Source of the DNA: an uncultured Pelagibacteraceae bacterium
Lineage (GTDB): Bacteria > Pseudomonadota > Alphaproteobacteria > Pelagibacterales > AG-422-B15
Assembly: GCA_902565955.1 (NCBI GenBank)
Contig: CACFGR010000001.1
Location: 1-61,469, forward strand
DNA length: 61,469 nucleotides
Direction: 5' to 3'
A program made the position numbers and the translations under genes. Shown in pieces: positions 18,997-28,732 of the stretch; positions within the stretch are counted from its first letter, which is position 1; each line of letters begins with the position of its first letter. The notes under the pieces were generated by a model. It saw only the letters and a list, made by a program, of their open reading frames with translations. It had not been told where the DNA came from and did no database searches.

Positions 18997-20152
18997 TAAG
19001 TTAGTCGATACCCCAAACCCAACTCTTGTAACATTACGCGACAATAAAGCTAAATGGAACCTTCCTGAATATAGAAGAACTGGCTATAGGAATCTTCATA
19101 AAATAAACAGATATGGTCTTTTGTTAAGATCAGATTACGTTCTTTTGCTTAATGAGAGCAGTAAAGATGAAATAGATAAAATAAACTCAGTAAGGGAAAT
19201 GACGAGCCATAAATCTTTTTGTTCTTTAATAGTTGGAAGAGGGCAAGAAATATTTTTTGAGAAATATGCAAAAGATTTCTCTTCTGAAACACCGCATACA
19301 ATAATGTCAATTTCAAAGATGTTTTTAAATCTATTTGTCGGTGAATTAGTTGAGAAAGGTGAATTGCAATTGGAAAAACCTATTGGCTATTATTTGCCCA
19401 ATATTGGAGAAGGATATTCAAAAGCGACGGTTCAAAACGTATTAAATATGAACATTATTAATGCTTTTACCGAAGATTATACTGATCCGTATTCAACATC
19501 ATTTATGCATGAAACTGTTGGTGGCTGGCGAATACCAGATAAAGATAAAGATGAAAAGTTTCAAGAAGATTTCTTGAACAGTATTCAAACAGATGGAACT
19601 AATTCTGTAATAAACAATTCTGATAAAGCATTTTATAAGTCAGCAAACAGCGATGTGATTGCTCTACTAATTGAAAAATTAAGTGGAAGAGAGCTGCGAG
19701 AGTGGCTTCTCTCGTCAGTAGAAGCAATGGGTCTTGAAGATGGTTTGTATATGGCAACAGATAGAGGTGGGATGCCATGGCTGTCCGGTGGTGGTTGTCT
19801 TATTGCAAGAGATTTGCTACGCATGGGACTGCATTTCTCAAGAAAAGGTCTTGGGATCAGAAATAGATTAGCTGGCTCTCGTAAATTTATTGATGATACA
19901 GTTTCTGAAAAAGGTCCAAAATATATGCACTTAAAAGATGAAAAATATGTTTATTATGCAAATCAAACTATGAAATCTAATAATTGGATTGGGCATTCTG
20001 GATACGGTGGGCAATTTTTAATGATTAACTTAGAAACAAATGTTGTTGCAAGTTTTTTTTCTGTTTTAGAAACCGACTCAGCAACTGATGAAGACTATAA
20101 AGCCAAAATGATTCTGATGCTTGAGGAAGTAACATCAAAGCAATATTCATAG
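18989..20152 (+). CDS. Serine hydrolase, beta-lactamase/transpeptidase-like fold
   Basis: 387 aa. It has the SxxK motif (MSISKMF) and a C-terminal HSGYGGQ (HxG/KTG-like) motif. It overlaps the amidase stop by 8 nt. Confidence 0.6.
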   Translation: MVNKLVDTPNPTLVTLRDNKAKWNLPEYRRTGYRNLHKINRYGLLLRSDYVLLLNESSKDEIDKINSVREMTSHKSFCSLIVGRGQEIFFEKYAKDFSSETPHTIMSISKMFLNLFVGELVEKGELQLEKPIGYYLPNIGEGYSKATVQNVLNMNIINAFTEDYTDPYSTSFMHETVGGWRIPDKDKDEKFQEDFLNSIQTDGTNSVINNSDKAFYKSANSDVIALLIEKLSGRELREWLLSSVEAMGLEDGLYMATDRGGMPWLSGGGCLIARDLLRMGLHFSRKGLGIRNRLAGSRKFIDDTVSEKGPKYMHLKDEKYVYYANQTMKSNNWIGHSGYGGQFLMINLETNVVASFFSVLETDSATDEDYKAKMILMLEEVTSKQYS

Positions 20153-20164
20153 AAAGGATAGATA

Positions 20165-20548
20165 ATGAGAGGATACGTAATGGTTGGGTCAAGTAATTTA
20201 AAAGAATCTAAAGCATTCTACGATGTTGTCCTCGCAGTAATGGGAATAGTTTCAATTTATGAGGATGAGGTGTGTGTAGGTTATGCTCGAGAGGGGAAAC
20301 AAGATGTTGAGTTCTATATAACCAAACCGGCAAATGGAAAGCCTGTTACATTTGGAAATGGTACACAGATATCCTTTTTGACCGAGTCAAAAGAACAAGT
20401 TGATAAGTTTCACAAAACTGCTTTAGGACTTGGAGCACAAAATGAAGGGGATCCAGGTTTTAGACCAAGCGACAGTAATGTTTATTATGCATACATCAGA
20501 GACCCAGATGGTAACAAAATTTGCTCATATACAAGTGTAAATGTCTAG
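20165..20548 (+). CDS. VOC (glyoxalase/bleomycin-resistance/dioxygenase) family protein
   Basis: 127 aa. The size and the AYIRDPDGNKI C-terminal motif are typical of VOC proteins. Confidence 0.6.
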   Translation: MRGYVMVGSSNLKESKAFYDVVLAVMGIVSIYEDEVCVGYAREGKQDVEFYITKPANGKPVTFGNGTQISFLTESKEQVDKFHKTALGLGAQNEGDPGFRPSDSNVYYAYIRDPDGNKICSYTSVNV

Positions 20549-21533
20549 GGCTACCAGGTTTAAATTATATCGAGTATTGCTTATAGTTGCTATTGTTTTA
20601 ATAGTACCAGTCATCTTTATTGTAGGAATTACTCTGCCCTATTTATTTAATACAATAAAAATAACTTTTCCTGATATTGTTATTGATAAAGATGTTGAAA
20701 GCTATATTGCTGAAAAAGAACTGCTTTTTGAGAATACTGATCCCCGAGCAAAGAAAAAAATCATATGGCATGATGATGCGAAAATTAAAACTGAATATTC
20801 AATTGTTTATCTTCATGGAAGTTTTGCGACGGGGCGTCAACAAGAAGAAGTTTTGGTAAAGATTGCCAAAAAATTAAAGGCTAATTTATTTATATCAAGA
20901 CTAGCTGGCCATGGCTCTGGTTTTGAATCTACAAAATCTCTGGAGGCCAAAAATTTTCTCGAAGATGCAGCCGAAGCCGTTGCAGTAGGCAATAAAATCG
21001 GAAACAAAGTTATATTAATGGGTTTTTCAGCTGGAGGTTCATTTGCATTAATGGCTGCAAAAGATCAGAATTTAAGTGAAAAAATTGATCATTTGGTACT
21101 TGTGGCGCCATGGACTCCCAAGCTATCTCTTCCTTATTTCTTAGCGGCGACTGGGTTATTTTTTAAAAGCCAATACAAGTTTAATTTTCCTAGAATGTTT
21201 GACTTGCCAAATGAAGAATGGGATCCTTTTTGGGTCAATGAATTTCACAGGGAACTTCCAAAACAGCTTTGGTTGGCGGCATTTTCTGGAAGGAAACTTG
21301 AATTTCAAGAGACTAAGATTCCACTATTAGTATTTTATGAAGAAAAAGATAAAGTAGTAAACGCTGAAGGAGTTAAAAAAATATTTGAACAATGGAAAGG
21401 ACCTAAGAAAATAATTAATAACGATACTAATTTAGGAGGCTTTAATTATCATGATATTATTGGAATTCTAAACTCCCCACAAGATGATTTCTTTGTTGAG
21501 GAAATCAACAACTGGATAGAAGTTAACTCTTAA
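20541..21533 (+). CDS. Membrane-anchored alpha/beta hydrolase
   Basis: 330 aa with an N-terminal TM helix, the nucleophile elbow GFSAGG and an HG oxyanion-like YLHGSF. It overlaps the upstream gene by 8 nt. Confidence 0.6.
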   Translation: MSRATRFKLYRVLLIVAIVLIVPVIFIVGITLPYLFNTIKITFPDIVIDKDVESYIAEKELLFENTDPRAKKKIIWHDDAKIKTEYSIVYLHGSFATGRQQEEVLVKIAKKLKANLFISRLAGHGSGFESTKSLEAKNFLEDAAEAVAVGNKIGNKVILMGFSAGGSFALMAAKDQNLSEKIDHLVLVAPWTPKLSLPYFLAATGLFFKSQYKFNFPRMFDLPNEEWDPFWVNEFHRELPKQLWLAAFSGRKLEFQETKIPLLVFYEEKDKVVNAEGVKKIFEQWKGPKKIINNDTNLGGFNYHDIIGILNSPQDDFFVEEINNWIEVNS

Positions 21534-23034
21534 ATAAACTTTTATTATTTTCTCTCAATTTATTTTTTTGAACTTTGCCCATAGAATTTCTAGGTAAATT
21601 TGACATAAATATTATTTTTTTTGGCTGTTTATATTTAGCAATTTTACCTTTTGTATAATCCAATATTTGACTACCATCATTTTTATCATCTGTTGTCACT
21701 ACTGCCGCAACAACTGCTTCGCCAAAATCATCATGTTGAACACCAAAAACTGCTGACTCTGTAATATTTGGTAACTCATTTATCACATCTTCTATTTCCT
21801 TAGGATAAACATTTAGTCCACCGCTTATAATCATATCTTTATCTCTACCAACAATAGTAAAGTAGCCATTTTCATCTTTCTTTGCGAGATCACCTGTTAT
21901 GAAGAAACCATCATCTTTAAATGATTCTTTAGTCTTTTCTTCCATTCCCCAGTACCCCTTGAAAATATTTTCGCCCTTAAGTTCAATAGTTCCTATTTGA
22001 CCCACCTTTACTTCATTACCTTCTTCATTGACTATTCTTATTTCAATACCTGGAAGAGGTATGCCCACTGTGCCTGCTTTTCGTAATCCGTCATATGGAT
22101 TTGAAATATTCATATTTGTTTCTGTCATGCCATATCTCTCAAGGATTTTTTTACCAGTTCTTTTTTCAAATTCAATGTGAGTTTCTGATAGTAAAGGTGC
22201 TGAACCAGAAATAAATAGCCTCATGTGTTTTGCTGACTCATTATTTAATTTTTCATTTGCCAACAATCTCGTATAAAAAGTTGGCACGCCCATCATGGAT
22301 GTGGCTCTTTTCATCCAAAGCAAGGCTTTTTCAGCATCAAATTTTTCCAAGAAAATCATTGATCCTCCGACAATTGCAAGAAGATTGCATGCAACAAAAA
22401 GACCGTGCGTATGGTAAATAGGTAGCATATGTAAAAGCACATCATTTTCTGTAAATTTCCAAAAATTTCTTAAAACTTCAGTATTTGAAACCAAATTTCT
22501 ATGCGATAGCATCGCTCCTTTTGATTTTCCAGTAGTGCCAGATGTATATAAAATGGCAGCTAAGTCATTTTCGTTTCTTTTGATAGATTGAAATTTTTTT
22601 GGATAGTTTTTTATCTGTTCAATCAATGAACCAGTTTCATCTAAATTTAATGATAAAATTGAAACCGAAGAATAGCTTACTAAGTTTTTTACTTCATTTT
22701 GAATTTTGTCATCGACAATTATCACCTTAGGTTTGGCGTCATTGAAGAAATATTCTAATTCACTTAGGGTATAGCCAGTATTTAGTGGCAGATAAACACC
22801 TCCAGCTTTAATGGTTGCTACGTATGTAGCAAGTTGAATTACATTCTTTTCTGCCTGTATGGCCACTCGGTCACCCGGTAATAAATTAATATCTATTAAG
22901 TAATTAGAAATTTGATTTACAATTTCATTGAATTCTAAGTAAGTTATCTCTTTATTTTCATTGATCAAAAAAATATTTGGACTCGTTTCGTTAGATTTGA
23001 ATATTTCATCGAATAGATAGTTTGATTCAGTCAT
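21523..23034 (-). CDS. matB: AMP-dependent acyl-CoA synthetase, malonyl-CoA synthetase (MatB)-like
   Basis: ILYTSGTTGKSKGAMLSHRNL, GGVYLPLNTGYTLSELEYFFNDAKPKVIIVD and the N-terminal MTESNYLFDEIF resemble MatB. I chose the start at the ATG at 23034. The track start at 23046 is also possible. Confidence 0.7.
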   Translation of the reverse strand: MTESNYLFDEIFKSNETSPNIFLINENKEITYLEFNEIVNQISNYLIDINLLPGDRVAIQAEKNVIQLATYVATIKAGGVYLPLNTGYTLSELEYFFNDAKPKVIIVDDKIQNEVKNLVSYSSVSILSLNLDETGSLIEQIKNYPKKFQSIKRNENDLAAILYTSGTTGKSKGAMLSHRNLVSNTEVLRNFWKFTENDVLLHMLPIYHTHGLFVACNLLAIVGGSMIFLEKFDAEKALLWMKRATSMMGVPTFYTRLLANEKLNNESAKHMRLFISGSAPLLSETHIEFEKRTGKKILERYGMTETNMNISNPYDGLRKAGTVGIPLPGIEIRIVNEEGNEVKVGQIGTIELKGENIFKGYWGMEEKTKESFKDDGFFITGDLAKKDENGYFTIVGRDKDMIISGGLNVYPKEIEDVINELPNITESAVFGVQHDDFGEAVVAAVVTTDDKNDGSQILDYTKGKIAKYKQPKKIIFMSNLPRNSMGKVQKNKLRENNKSLFKS

Positions 23035-24172
23035 TACTATTTTCATCCAATGAATAAATGCTCAACCGAGATAAAATATCTTCATGAATAACTATACCAA
23101 GTCCAGCTGATTTATTTAAATGTGCATTATTATCAACAATATCAAAAGGTAACTCACAAAATTTCTTTGAAAAGTTTATATAATCTGGAAATATTTCAGC
23201 CTTTTCTGAATTAGAAATACTTGAGCAAACATGAAGCATCGCAGATGCTGAAACGGACATTGAATTCCAGCAATGCGGAGAAATAGAGATGCCATTATTT
23301 GATGCTTCATTTGATATCTTGATAATATCAATCAGTCCGCCCATACCTGAAATATCAGGATTAAATATATCTGCTGCATTTCTGTGTATTAATTCTCTGA
23401 AATGGACCAAGCCTGATTGCTTTTCACCAGTTACAACTTTCATATTAAAAGTATTTTTGATCTCAGTAAGTAAGCTAATATTCTCACCATCAACAGGCTC
23501 TTCTATCCAGTAAGGATTAAATGACGATACTTCTTTTAAAAAAGATTTTGTATGATCTAAATCTTTAGGTACAGCTAAATCAAGCATTAGTGGTAATTCA
23601 TCTCCCACTATTTCTCTAACTTTTTCAACAAACTGAATTGAAATTGATACGCTATCTAGCATTGGATATATCTTTATTCCCCCATATTTCTCTCCAAAAA
23701 ATTTTTCTATTTGCCTCAAATAATCATTTGTGTCCTTTTTTAGGTCGCTCCAACACGTAGCATAAATGGGAACATTTGGTTTGGGGCTTTTTGTTAGTAA
23801 AGAATTTAAAGGAAGATTTTTACACTTCCCTGATATGTCCCATAATGCAATTTCAATGGCGCTCGTAGCAGAGCTGAAGTCTAAACCTCTATGACCATCA
23901 CTTAATAATGAAATTTTACTATAAAATGACTTTAGTGATAGATTTGGAATATTCGAAATTTCTCTAAATAGCTCTTTTATAATAATCGCAATACCCTTTT
24001 CTCTAAGATTAATAGAGAACGCTTCTCCCCAACCTTCAATTCCATCTTCAGTTGTTATTTTTATAATGATAAATTTTTTTGTATTTGACCATTGATCATC
24101 AGACAGATGATTATCAGTTATCCAGATCTTTAACCTTGAAAGTTTGCCAATGCTTATATCTTGATTATTCAT
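23027..24172 (-). CDS. Enolase-superfamily enzyme (mandelate racemase / muconate lactonizing enzyme family)
   Basis: 381 aa. The N-terminal capping domain (TEDGIEGWGEA) and barrel region with LMLDLA...WIEEP metal-ligand context are present. Confidence 0.7.
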   Translation of the reverse strand: MNNQDISIGKLSRLKIWITDNHLSDDQWSNTKKFIIIKITTEDGIEGWGEAFSINLREKGIAIIIKELFREISNIPNLSLKSFYSKISLLSDGHRGLDFSSATSAIEIALWDISGKCKNLPLNSLLTKSPKPNVPIYATCWSDLKKDTNDYLRQIEKFFGEKYGGIKIYPMLDSVSISIQFVEKVREIVGDELPLMLDLAVPKDLDHTKSFLKEVSSFNPYWIEEPVDGENISLLTEIKNTFNMKVVTGEKQSGLVHFRELIHRNAADIFNPDISGMGGLIDIIKISNEASNNGISISPHCWNSMSVSASAMLHVCSSISNSEKAEIFPDYINFSKKFCELPFDIVDNNAHLNKSAGLGIVIHEDILSRLSIYSLDENSND

Positions 24173-24247
24173 TATCAGTATTAATATTAGATGGAATATA
24201 ATTTAATTTGATCTTTAACATATATAAAAAAAACCTTATGTTAAGGT

Positions 24248-24742
24248 ATGATTTCAAAGTTAATACTAGGCGCAGGATGTTTTTGGGGAGTAGAAGTTCT
24301 TTTTGAAGAAATGTCTGGCGTTAAAAAAGTAATTTCAGGGTATGCCGGTGGACATACAGAAAACCCTACATATGAAGAGGTCTGCACTGGTAAGTCAGGG
24401 CACATTGAAGTTGTTGAGATTGAGTATGATAATAGTGAAGTAAAGTTTGAGGAATTGTTAGACAAGTTTTTTTTTATTCATGATCCAACTCAGATGAATC
24501 GTCAAGGTCCAGACATTGGTGAACAATACAAGTCAGTTATTTTTTATAATTCTGATGAAGAAAGAAGAATATCGGAAAGCAAAATTGATGAGATTAATAA
24601 CTCAGGCGAACATCAAAACAAAGTAGTAACGGAATTAAGAGAGAATGCTAAATTTTGGCCTGCTGAAGAATACCACCAAGACTTCATAGAAAAAAATGGT
24701 AAAGTTTGCTATCACCAACTTTACGTACAACACAAATCCTAA
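24248..24742 (+). CDS. msrA: Peptide methionine (S)-S-oxide reductase
   Basis: 164 aa with the diagnostic GAGCFWGVE active-site motif, followed by GYAGG and EYHQ. Confidence 0.9.
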   Translation: MISKLILGAGCFWGVEVLFEEMSGVKKVISGYAGGHTENPTYEEVCTGKSGHIEVVEIEYDNSEVKFEELLDKFFFIHDPTQMNRQGPDIGEQYKSVIFYNSDEERRISESKIDEINNSGEHQNKVVTELRENAKFWPAEEYHQDFIEKNGKVCYHQLYVQHKS

Positions 24743-24759
24743 ATTTCATTATTATTAAT

Positions 24760-24785
24760 GCTCAGCACGTTGATTTGTGCTGAGC
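24760..24785. terminator. Perfect 9-bp GC-rich hairpin between the convergent msrA and GcvT-paralog genes (putative bidirectional terminator)
   Basis: GCTCAGCAC-(gttgattt)-GTGCTGAGC lies in a 55-nt convergent intergenic gap. No clean U-tract is present on either side. Confidence 0.5.
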
Positions 24786-24797
24786 AATTAATATAAA

Positions 24798-26141
24798 CTA
24801 GCCCTTTACAACTTCTCTTGTATTCGCGTTGAAAGACTCAGTAAACGGTACATCAACTGTTACAGCGTCTACTGGTACTCCTGGCTCATCAGCATAAATA
24901 TCAGGTAAATGAACTTTAAATTTTTTACCTAGTTCCCATTTTGGAAAGCCATTTGCATTAAGGGTTCCATCAAAAGGTATATAACCCATAGCTATATTTT
25001 TTCCTTTTTCAGGATGATACCAAGGTGAAGTAATAAAGCCACATGGGTCTCCACCGTCACCAGGAGACACAAGCCAAAAATCAGGCGCATACTCATCAAT
25101 TGGTTTGCCACCAATTTCAAATCCCACCAATTGTAACTTGTACGGCTTATGACCATCTTTCAAGTCAGTCTTCATCTTTTCAAGCGCTTGCTTACCGATA
25201 TAATCACCTTTTTTCTCCCACTCACCTTTTCCAGATAAAGAAACTTGATAGCCAAGATTACATTGGAAAGGATTGTGCTCATGATCTAAGTCCTGACCCC
25301 AGGATAAAATACCTGCTTGTATTCTTCTGTGGTGAGCAGGTGCTATAACCATTAGATTATGTTTCTTGCCTGCTTCTAAAACAGCATCCCACATATCGTC
25401 GGCATAGAGCGTCGCATTTCGTAAATAAATTTCATAACCTGACTCGCCAGAGAAACCAGTTTGAGAAATCACACAACTTCTTCCACCAACTGTAACTTCT
25501 GCTAAACCATAGAAAGGAATATTATCAAGATCAACTTGATCACCCACTAGGTCTTTCATCAAGGCAATGGCTTTTGGTCCTTGAATTTGAACAGGGCACG
25601 CATCAATTTCATCAATTTCCACATTAAATCTTTTATCAGCGTTTACGCCTTGCAAATAAAGTCCAATATCTGAGTCTGACAAACTAAACCAAAACTCATC
25701 TTTCGAGATTCTTAAGAGAATAGGATCATTTAAGACTCCGCCTTTATAGTTACATAATATTACGTACCTAGCTCGTAATGGTGATATCTTTGTGGCATCC
25801 CTTGTAATTACATAGTCTGTAAATTTTTCAGCATCTGGACCAATTACACGTATTTGTCTTTCAACTGCAACATTCCACATAGTCACATGATTTTTAATTG
25901 CTTCATATTCAACCATTGCTCCACCATCTTCAGGCTTTACATAACCTCTGGGATGATAAATACGGTTATAAACTGTTGCTCTCCAGCATCCTGCTTCCAT
26001 TGACTTATGCCAATATGGTGACTTTCTCACTCGAGTTGAAATCAACATTTCAACTTTTGTTGGTCCACTTTGGCGTAAATTGTAAGGAACATGTCTGTCG
26101 CTTTGATCAACAGTGGTGTTATGTTCTATTTTTTTAGACAT
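24798..26141 (-). CDS. GcvT-family THF-dependent demethylase/aminomethyltransferase paralog (long form)
   Basis: 447 aa. VRKSPYWHKSME, WNVAVERQIRVIGPDA, KGGVLNDPILLR, FWFSLSDSD, VQIQGPKA and SGFSGESGYEIY parallel the 8823-9959 protein. This one has longer termini. Confidence 0.7.
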   Translation of the reverse strand: MSKKIEHNTTVDQSDRHVPYNLRQSGPTKVEMLISTRVRKSPYWHKSMEAGCWRATVYNRIYHPRGYVKPEDGGAMVEYEAIKNHVTMWNVAVERQIRVIGPDAEKFTDYVITRDATKISPLRARYVILCNYKGGVLNDPILLRISKDEFWFSLSDSDIGLYLQGVNADKRFNVEIDEIDACPVQIQGPKAIALMKDLVGDQVDLDNIPFYGLAEVTVGGRSCVISQTGFSGESGYEIYLRNATLYADDMWDAVLEAGKKHNLMVIAPAHHRRIQAGILSWGQDLDHEHNPFQCNLGYQVSLSGKGEWEKKGDYIGKQALEKMKTDLKDGHKPYKLQLVGFEIGGKPIDEYAPDFWLVSPGDGGDPCGFITSPWYHPEKGKNIAMGYIPFDGTLNANGFPKWELGKKFKVHLPDIYADEPGVPVDAVTVDVPFTESFNANTREVVKG

Positions 26142-26874
26142 AGTAGTTCTCCTTTTCTAACCATTCGTTTGCTTTTTTTATTCCACCAAACGCATAAATG
26201 TGAAAATGTTCAACGTTCTCTTTTAATTCTTGAATTACATCATCAGGTGTCTGAACAGTCAATAAATCAAAAATTTTAGATGCATTTTTTTTTGCGAAAT
26301 TAAGCGTATTCTTTAATCCAACAAATCCAGCGAATTTAACTAGCGTCTTCATAGAAGCCGGACCCGCAACGCCTACATGAACAGGAAGTGGTGCTCCAGA
26401 AATAAAAGACGATAATGCGTCTGTATCTTGTGTCCACTGTGTTACAATATAGTCAGCAAATGGGGCCTTTGATTTCATTGCTTCTTCAATAGCTGCATCG
26501 CTCATATTTGGAGATCCTTCAGGATGACCAGCGATACCTATTTTCATTCCATCAAACAATCCAGTTTCTATAAGTTGTAGTGAACAATGATATTTTCCTA
26601 AAATATCTCGATCGCCACCAATTATTAAAACTTGTTTAACTCCAGCCTCTTTAACTTGCTCTATATATGATTTTAGCATATCTGAATCAGTAATTGAACG
26701 AGCTGGAAAGTGAGGAATGGGATTATAACCTGCACTAGCTAACGCTTTGGTTTGTTCAATAACATCAAGATAACTTGTGCCAGGCAAAAAGGTAATATAA
26801 ATGTCATTGAGTTTAGGCAAATCAGACAGGTTTGTTCTTGTAGTAACTTCCAATGAAAAATTTACATTTCCCAT
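26134..26874 (-). CDS. Methylenetetrahydrofolate reductase-like protein (short form)
   Basis: 246 aa. FSLEV, PHFPAR, LIIGGD, AGHPEGSP, IVTQW and FHIYAFGG line up with the FSFEFFPP / PHLTC / ALRGD / YPEGHPE / ITQ / HFYTLN blocks of MetF. It overlaps the downstream GcvT paralog by 8 nt. Confidence 0.6.
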   Translation of the reverse strand: MGNVNFSLEVTTRTNLSDLPKLNDIYITFLPGTSYLDVIEQTKALASAGYNPIPHFPARSITDSDMLKSYIEQVKEAGVKQVLIIGGDRDILGKYHCSLQLIETGLFDGMKIGIAGHPEGSPNMSDAAIEEAMKSKAPFADYIVTQWTQDTDALSSFISGAPLPVHVGVAGPASMKTLVKFAGFVGLKNTLNFAKKNASKIFDLLTVQTPDDVIQELKENVEHFHIYAFGGIKKANEWLEKENYYV

Positions 26875-26894
26875 AATGCTGTAAATGAGTGTAC

Positions 26895-26934
26895 CGCTTA
26901 AGCCACGCGAATTTTCAATTGCACTGCTTGGCTT
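26895..26934 (-). promoter_or_regulatory. Perfect 8-bp hairpin in the 5' leader of the MTHFR-like/GcvT operon
   Basis: TTAAGCCA-(24 nt)-TGGCTTAA, with two additional inner G-C pairs possible. It ends about 20 nt upstream of the ATG at 26874. It is one of the few GC-containing segments in this AT-rich spacer. Confidence 0.3.
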
Positions 26935-27064
26935 AATTTTGCAGCGCTATTTGAGTCTCCTAAAACAAAATTTAAGTAAAAATTTGTTCTATAGCAATAC
27001 ATTTTTGTAGACTCCTATCTGTAAAGTTCTTAAGTTGTCTAGGTTTTTAATATTAGTATTATTT

Positions 27065-28732
27065 ATGGCTGTACTCTCAGATATTGAAATTGCTAGAGAA
27101 AATAGCATGGCTCCAATTGAAGAAATTGCTTCAAAATTAGACTTAAAAGATCAAAATCTCCAAAAATTTGGGCACCACATTGCTAAAATTGATACTCAAC
27201 ATATAGAAAGTAATAACAAGAACGGAAAACTCATTTTAGTGACGGCCATTTCACCTACCCCAGCGGGTGAAGGAAAGACTACTACATCAGTCGGTCTCAG
27301 TGATGGCTTGAATAAAATTGGAAAACAGTCATTGGTATGCTTGAGAGAACCTAGTTTAGGACCTTGCTTTGGTGTCAAAGGGGGTGCTGCAGGAGGCGGT
27401 TACGCCCAAGTAGTACCAATGGAAAAAATTAATTTACATTTCACAGGTGATTTCCATGCGATCACATCAGCACATAACCTCCTTGCATCGATGATTGATA
27501 ACCATATTTATTGGGGAAACGATTTAGGAATTGATACAAGAAGAGTGGTTTGGGGACGTGTTGTAGATTTAAATGATCGTGCTTTAAGAAATATTAATGT
27601 TAATTTAGGCGGTATAGCCAACGGGTACCCACGTGAGGATAAATTCGATATTACTGTTGCATCTGAAGTGATGGCAATTTTTTGTTTATCTACAAGTTTA
27701 GACGATTTACAAAATAGACTTGGGAATATCATTGTTGGTTATACAAGGGAGAAGAAAGAAATTACGGCGCGAGACTTAAATGCAGACGGCGCGATGACTA
27801 CTTTGCTAAAAGATGCTTTCTTACCTAATCTTGTTCAAACACTGGAGAAAAATCCTGCTATCATTCATGGGGGTCCTTTTGCAAATATTGCCCATGGATG
27901 CAATTCTTTAGTTGCTACTCAAACTGCTCTTAAATTAAGTGATTATGTTGTAACAGAAGCAGGCTTTGGTGCAGATCTTGGAGCAGAAAAATTTTTAGAC
28001 ATAAAGTGCCGTAAAGGAAAATTAAATCCTTCAGCAATAGTAATAGTTGCAACAGTTCGAGCGTTAAAAATGCATGGCGGTATGGATAAAAAAGAATTAA
28101 AAAATGAAAATGTTGAAGCTGTAAAAAATGGTTTATCAAATTTAAAGCAGCACATTGCAAATATGCAAATGTATGGGGCGCCTGTTACAGTTGCTATTAA
28201 TCATTTCATATCTGACAGTGAAAAAGAATTGTCGGCAATCAGCGATTGCTGTGATTCATTGAATGTAAAGTCATTTAATTGCACACATTGGAGCAATGGT
28301 GGTGCAGGCACAGAGGACCTAGCAAAGCACATAGTAGAAATTACTGAGCAAAATGCTCCAAAGATAAAGCACCTGTATCCGGACGAAATGAAATTATGGG
28401 ATAAGATGAAAAAAATTGCACAAGAAATATATGGAGCGAGCGATATTATTGCTGACCAAAAAATAAGAATGCAGTTTGACGACTTGGAGGAAAAATATGG
28501 CCATTACCCAATATGTGTAGCTAAAACTCAATACAGCTTCTCAACTGATCCAAATCTAAGAGGCGCTCCAAAAGACCATGTAGTTCCTATCAGAGAAGTT
28601 AGACTAGCAGCGGGTGCAGAATTTCTTGTAGTTGTATGCGATAAGATTATGACTATGCCAGGTCTGCCTAGAGTTCCAGCTGCAAATGCTATACACTTAA
28701 ATAAAAATGGCGACATAGAGGGATTGTTTTAA
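27065..28732 (+). CDS. fhs: Formate-tetrahydrofolate ligase
   Basis: [10 protein letters not shown]..., [38 protein letters not shown] and [10 protein letters not shown] are hallmark FTHFS motifs. I set the start at the ATG at 27065 rather than the TTG at 27035. Confidence 0.95.
   Translation: MAVLSDIEIARENSMAPIEEIASKLDLKDQNLQKFGHHIAKIDTQHIESNNKNGKLILVTAISPTPAGEGKTTTSVGLSDGLNKIGKQSLVCLREPSLGPCFGVKGGAAGGGYAQVVPMEKINLHFTGDFHAITSAHNLLASMIDNHIYWGNDLGIDTRRVVWGRVVDLNDRALRNINVNLGGIANGYPREDKFDITVASEVMAIFCLSTSLDDLQNRLGNIIVGYTREKKEITARDLNADGAMTTLLKDAFLPNLVQTLEKNPAIIHGGPFANIAHGCNSLVATQTALKLSDYVVTEAGFGADLGAEKFLDIKCRKGKLNPSAIVIVATVRALKMHGGMDKKELKNENVEAVKNGLSNLKQHIANMQMYGAPVTVAINHFISDSEKELSAISDCCDSLNVKSFNCTHWSNGGAGTEDLAKHIVEITEQNAPKIKHLYPDEMKLWDKMKKIAQEIYGASDIIADQKIRMQFDDLEEKYGHYPICVAKTQYSFSTDPNLRGAPKDHVVPIREVRLAAGAEFLVVVCDKIMTMPGLPRVPAANAIHLNKNGDIEGLF

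Noticed and set aside
27035-27064. TTG-initiated N-terminal extension ([10 protein letters not shown]) on formate-THF ligase that looks like a signal peptide
   Set aside because: FTHFS is cytoplasmic, and the family N-terminus aligns with [10 protein letters not shown] at the ATG at 27065. The extension is most likely an artefact of calling the longest ORF.
26875-27064. ZTP (pfl) or THF riboswitch upstream of fhs and the MTHFR-like gene
   Set aside because: I could not find the conserved ZTP 3' element (CCGCCUGGGC-like) or a convincing THF aptamer core by eye. I kept it only as a generic structured-spacer observation pending a covariance-model scan.
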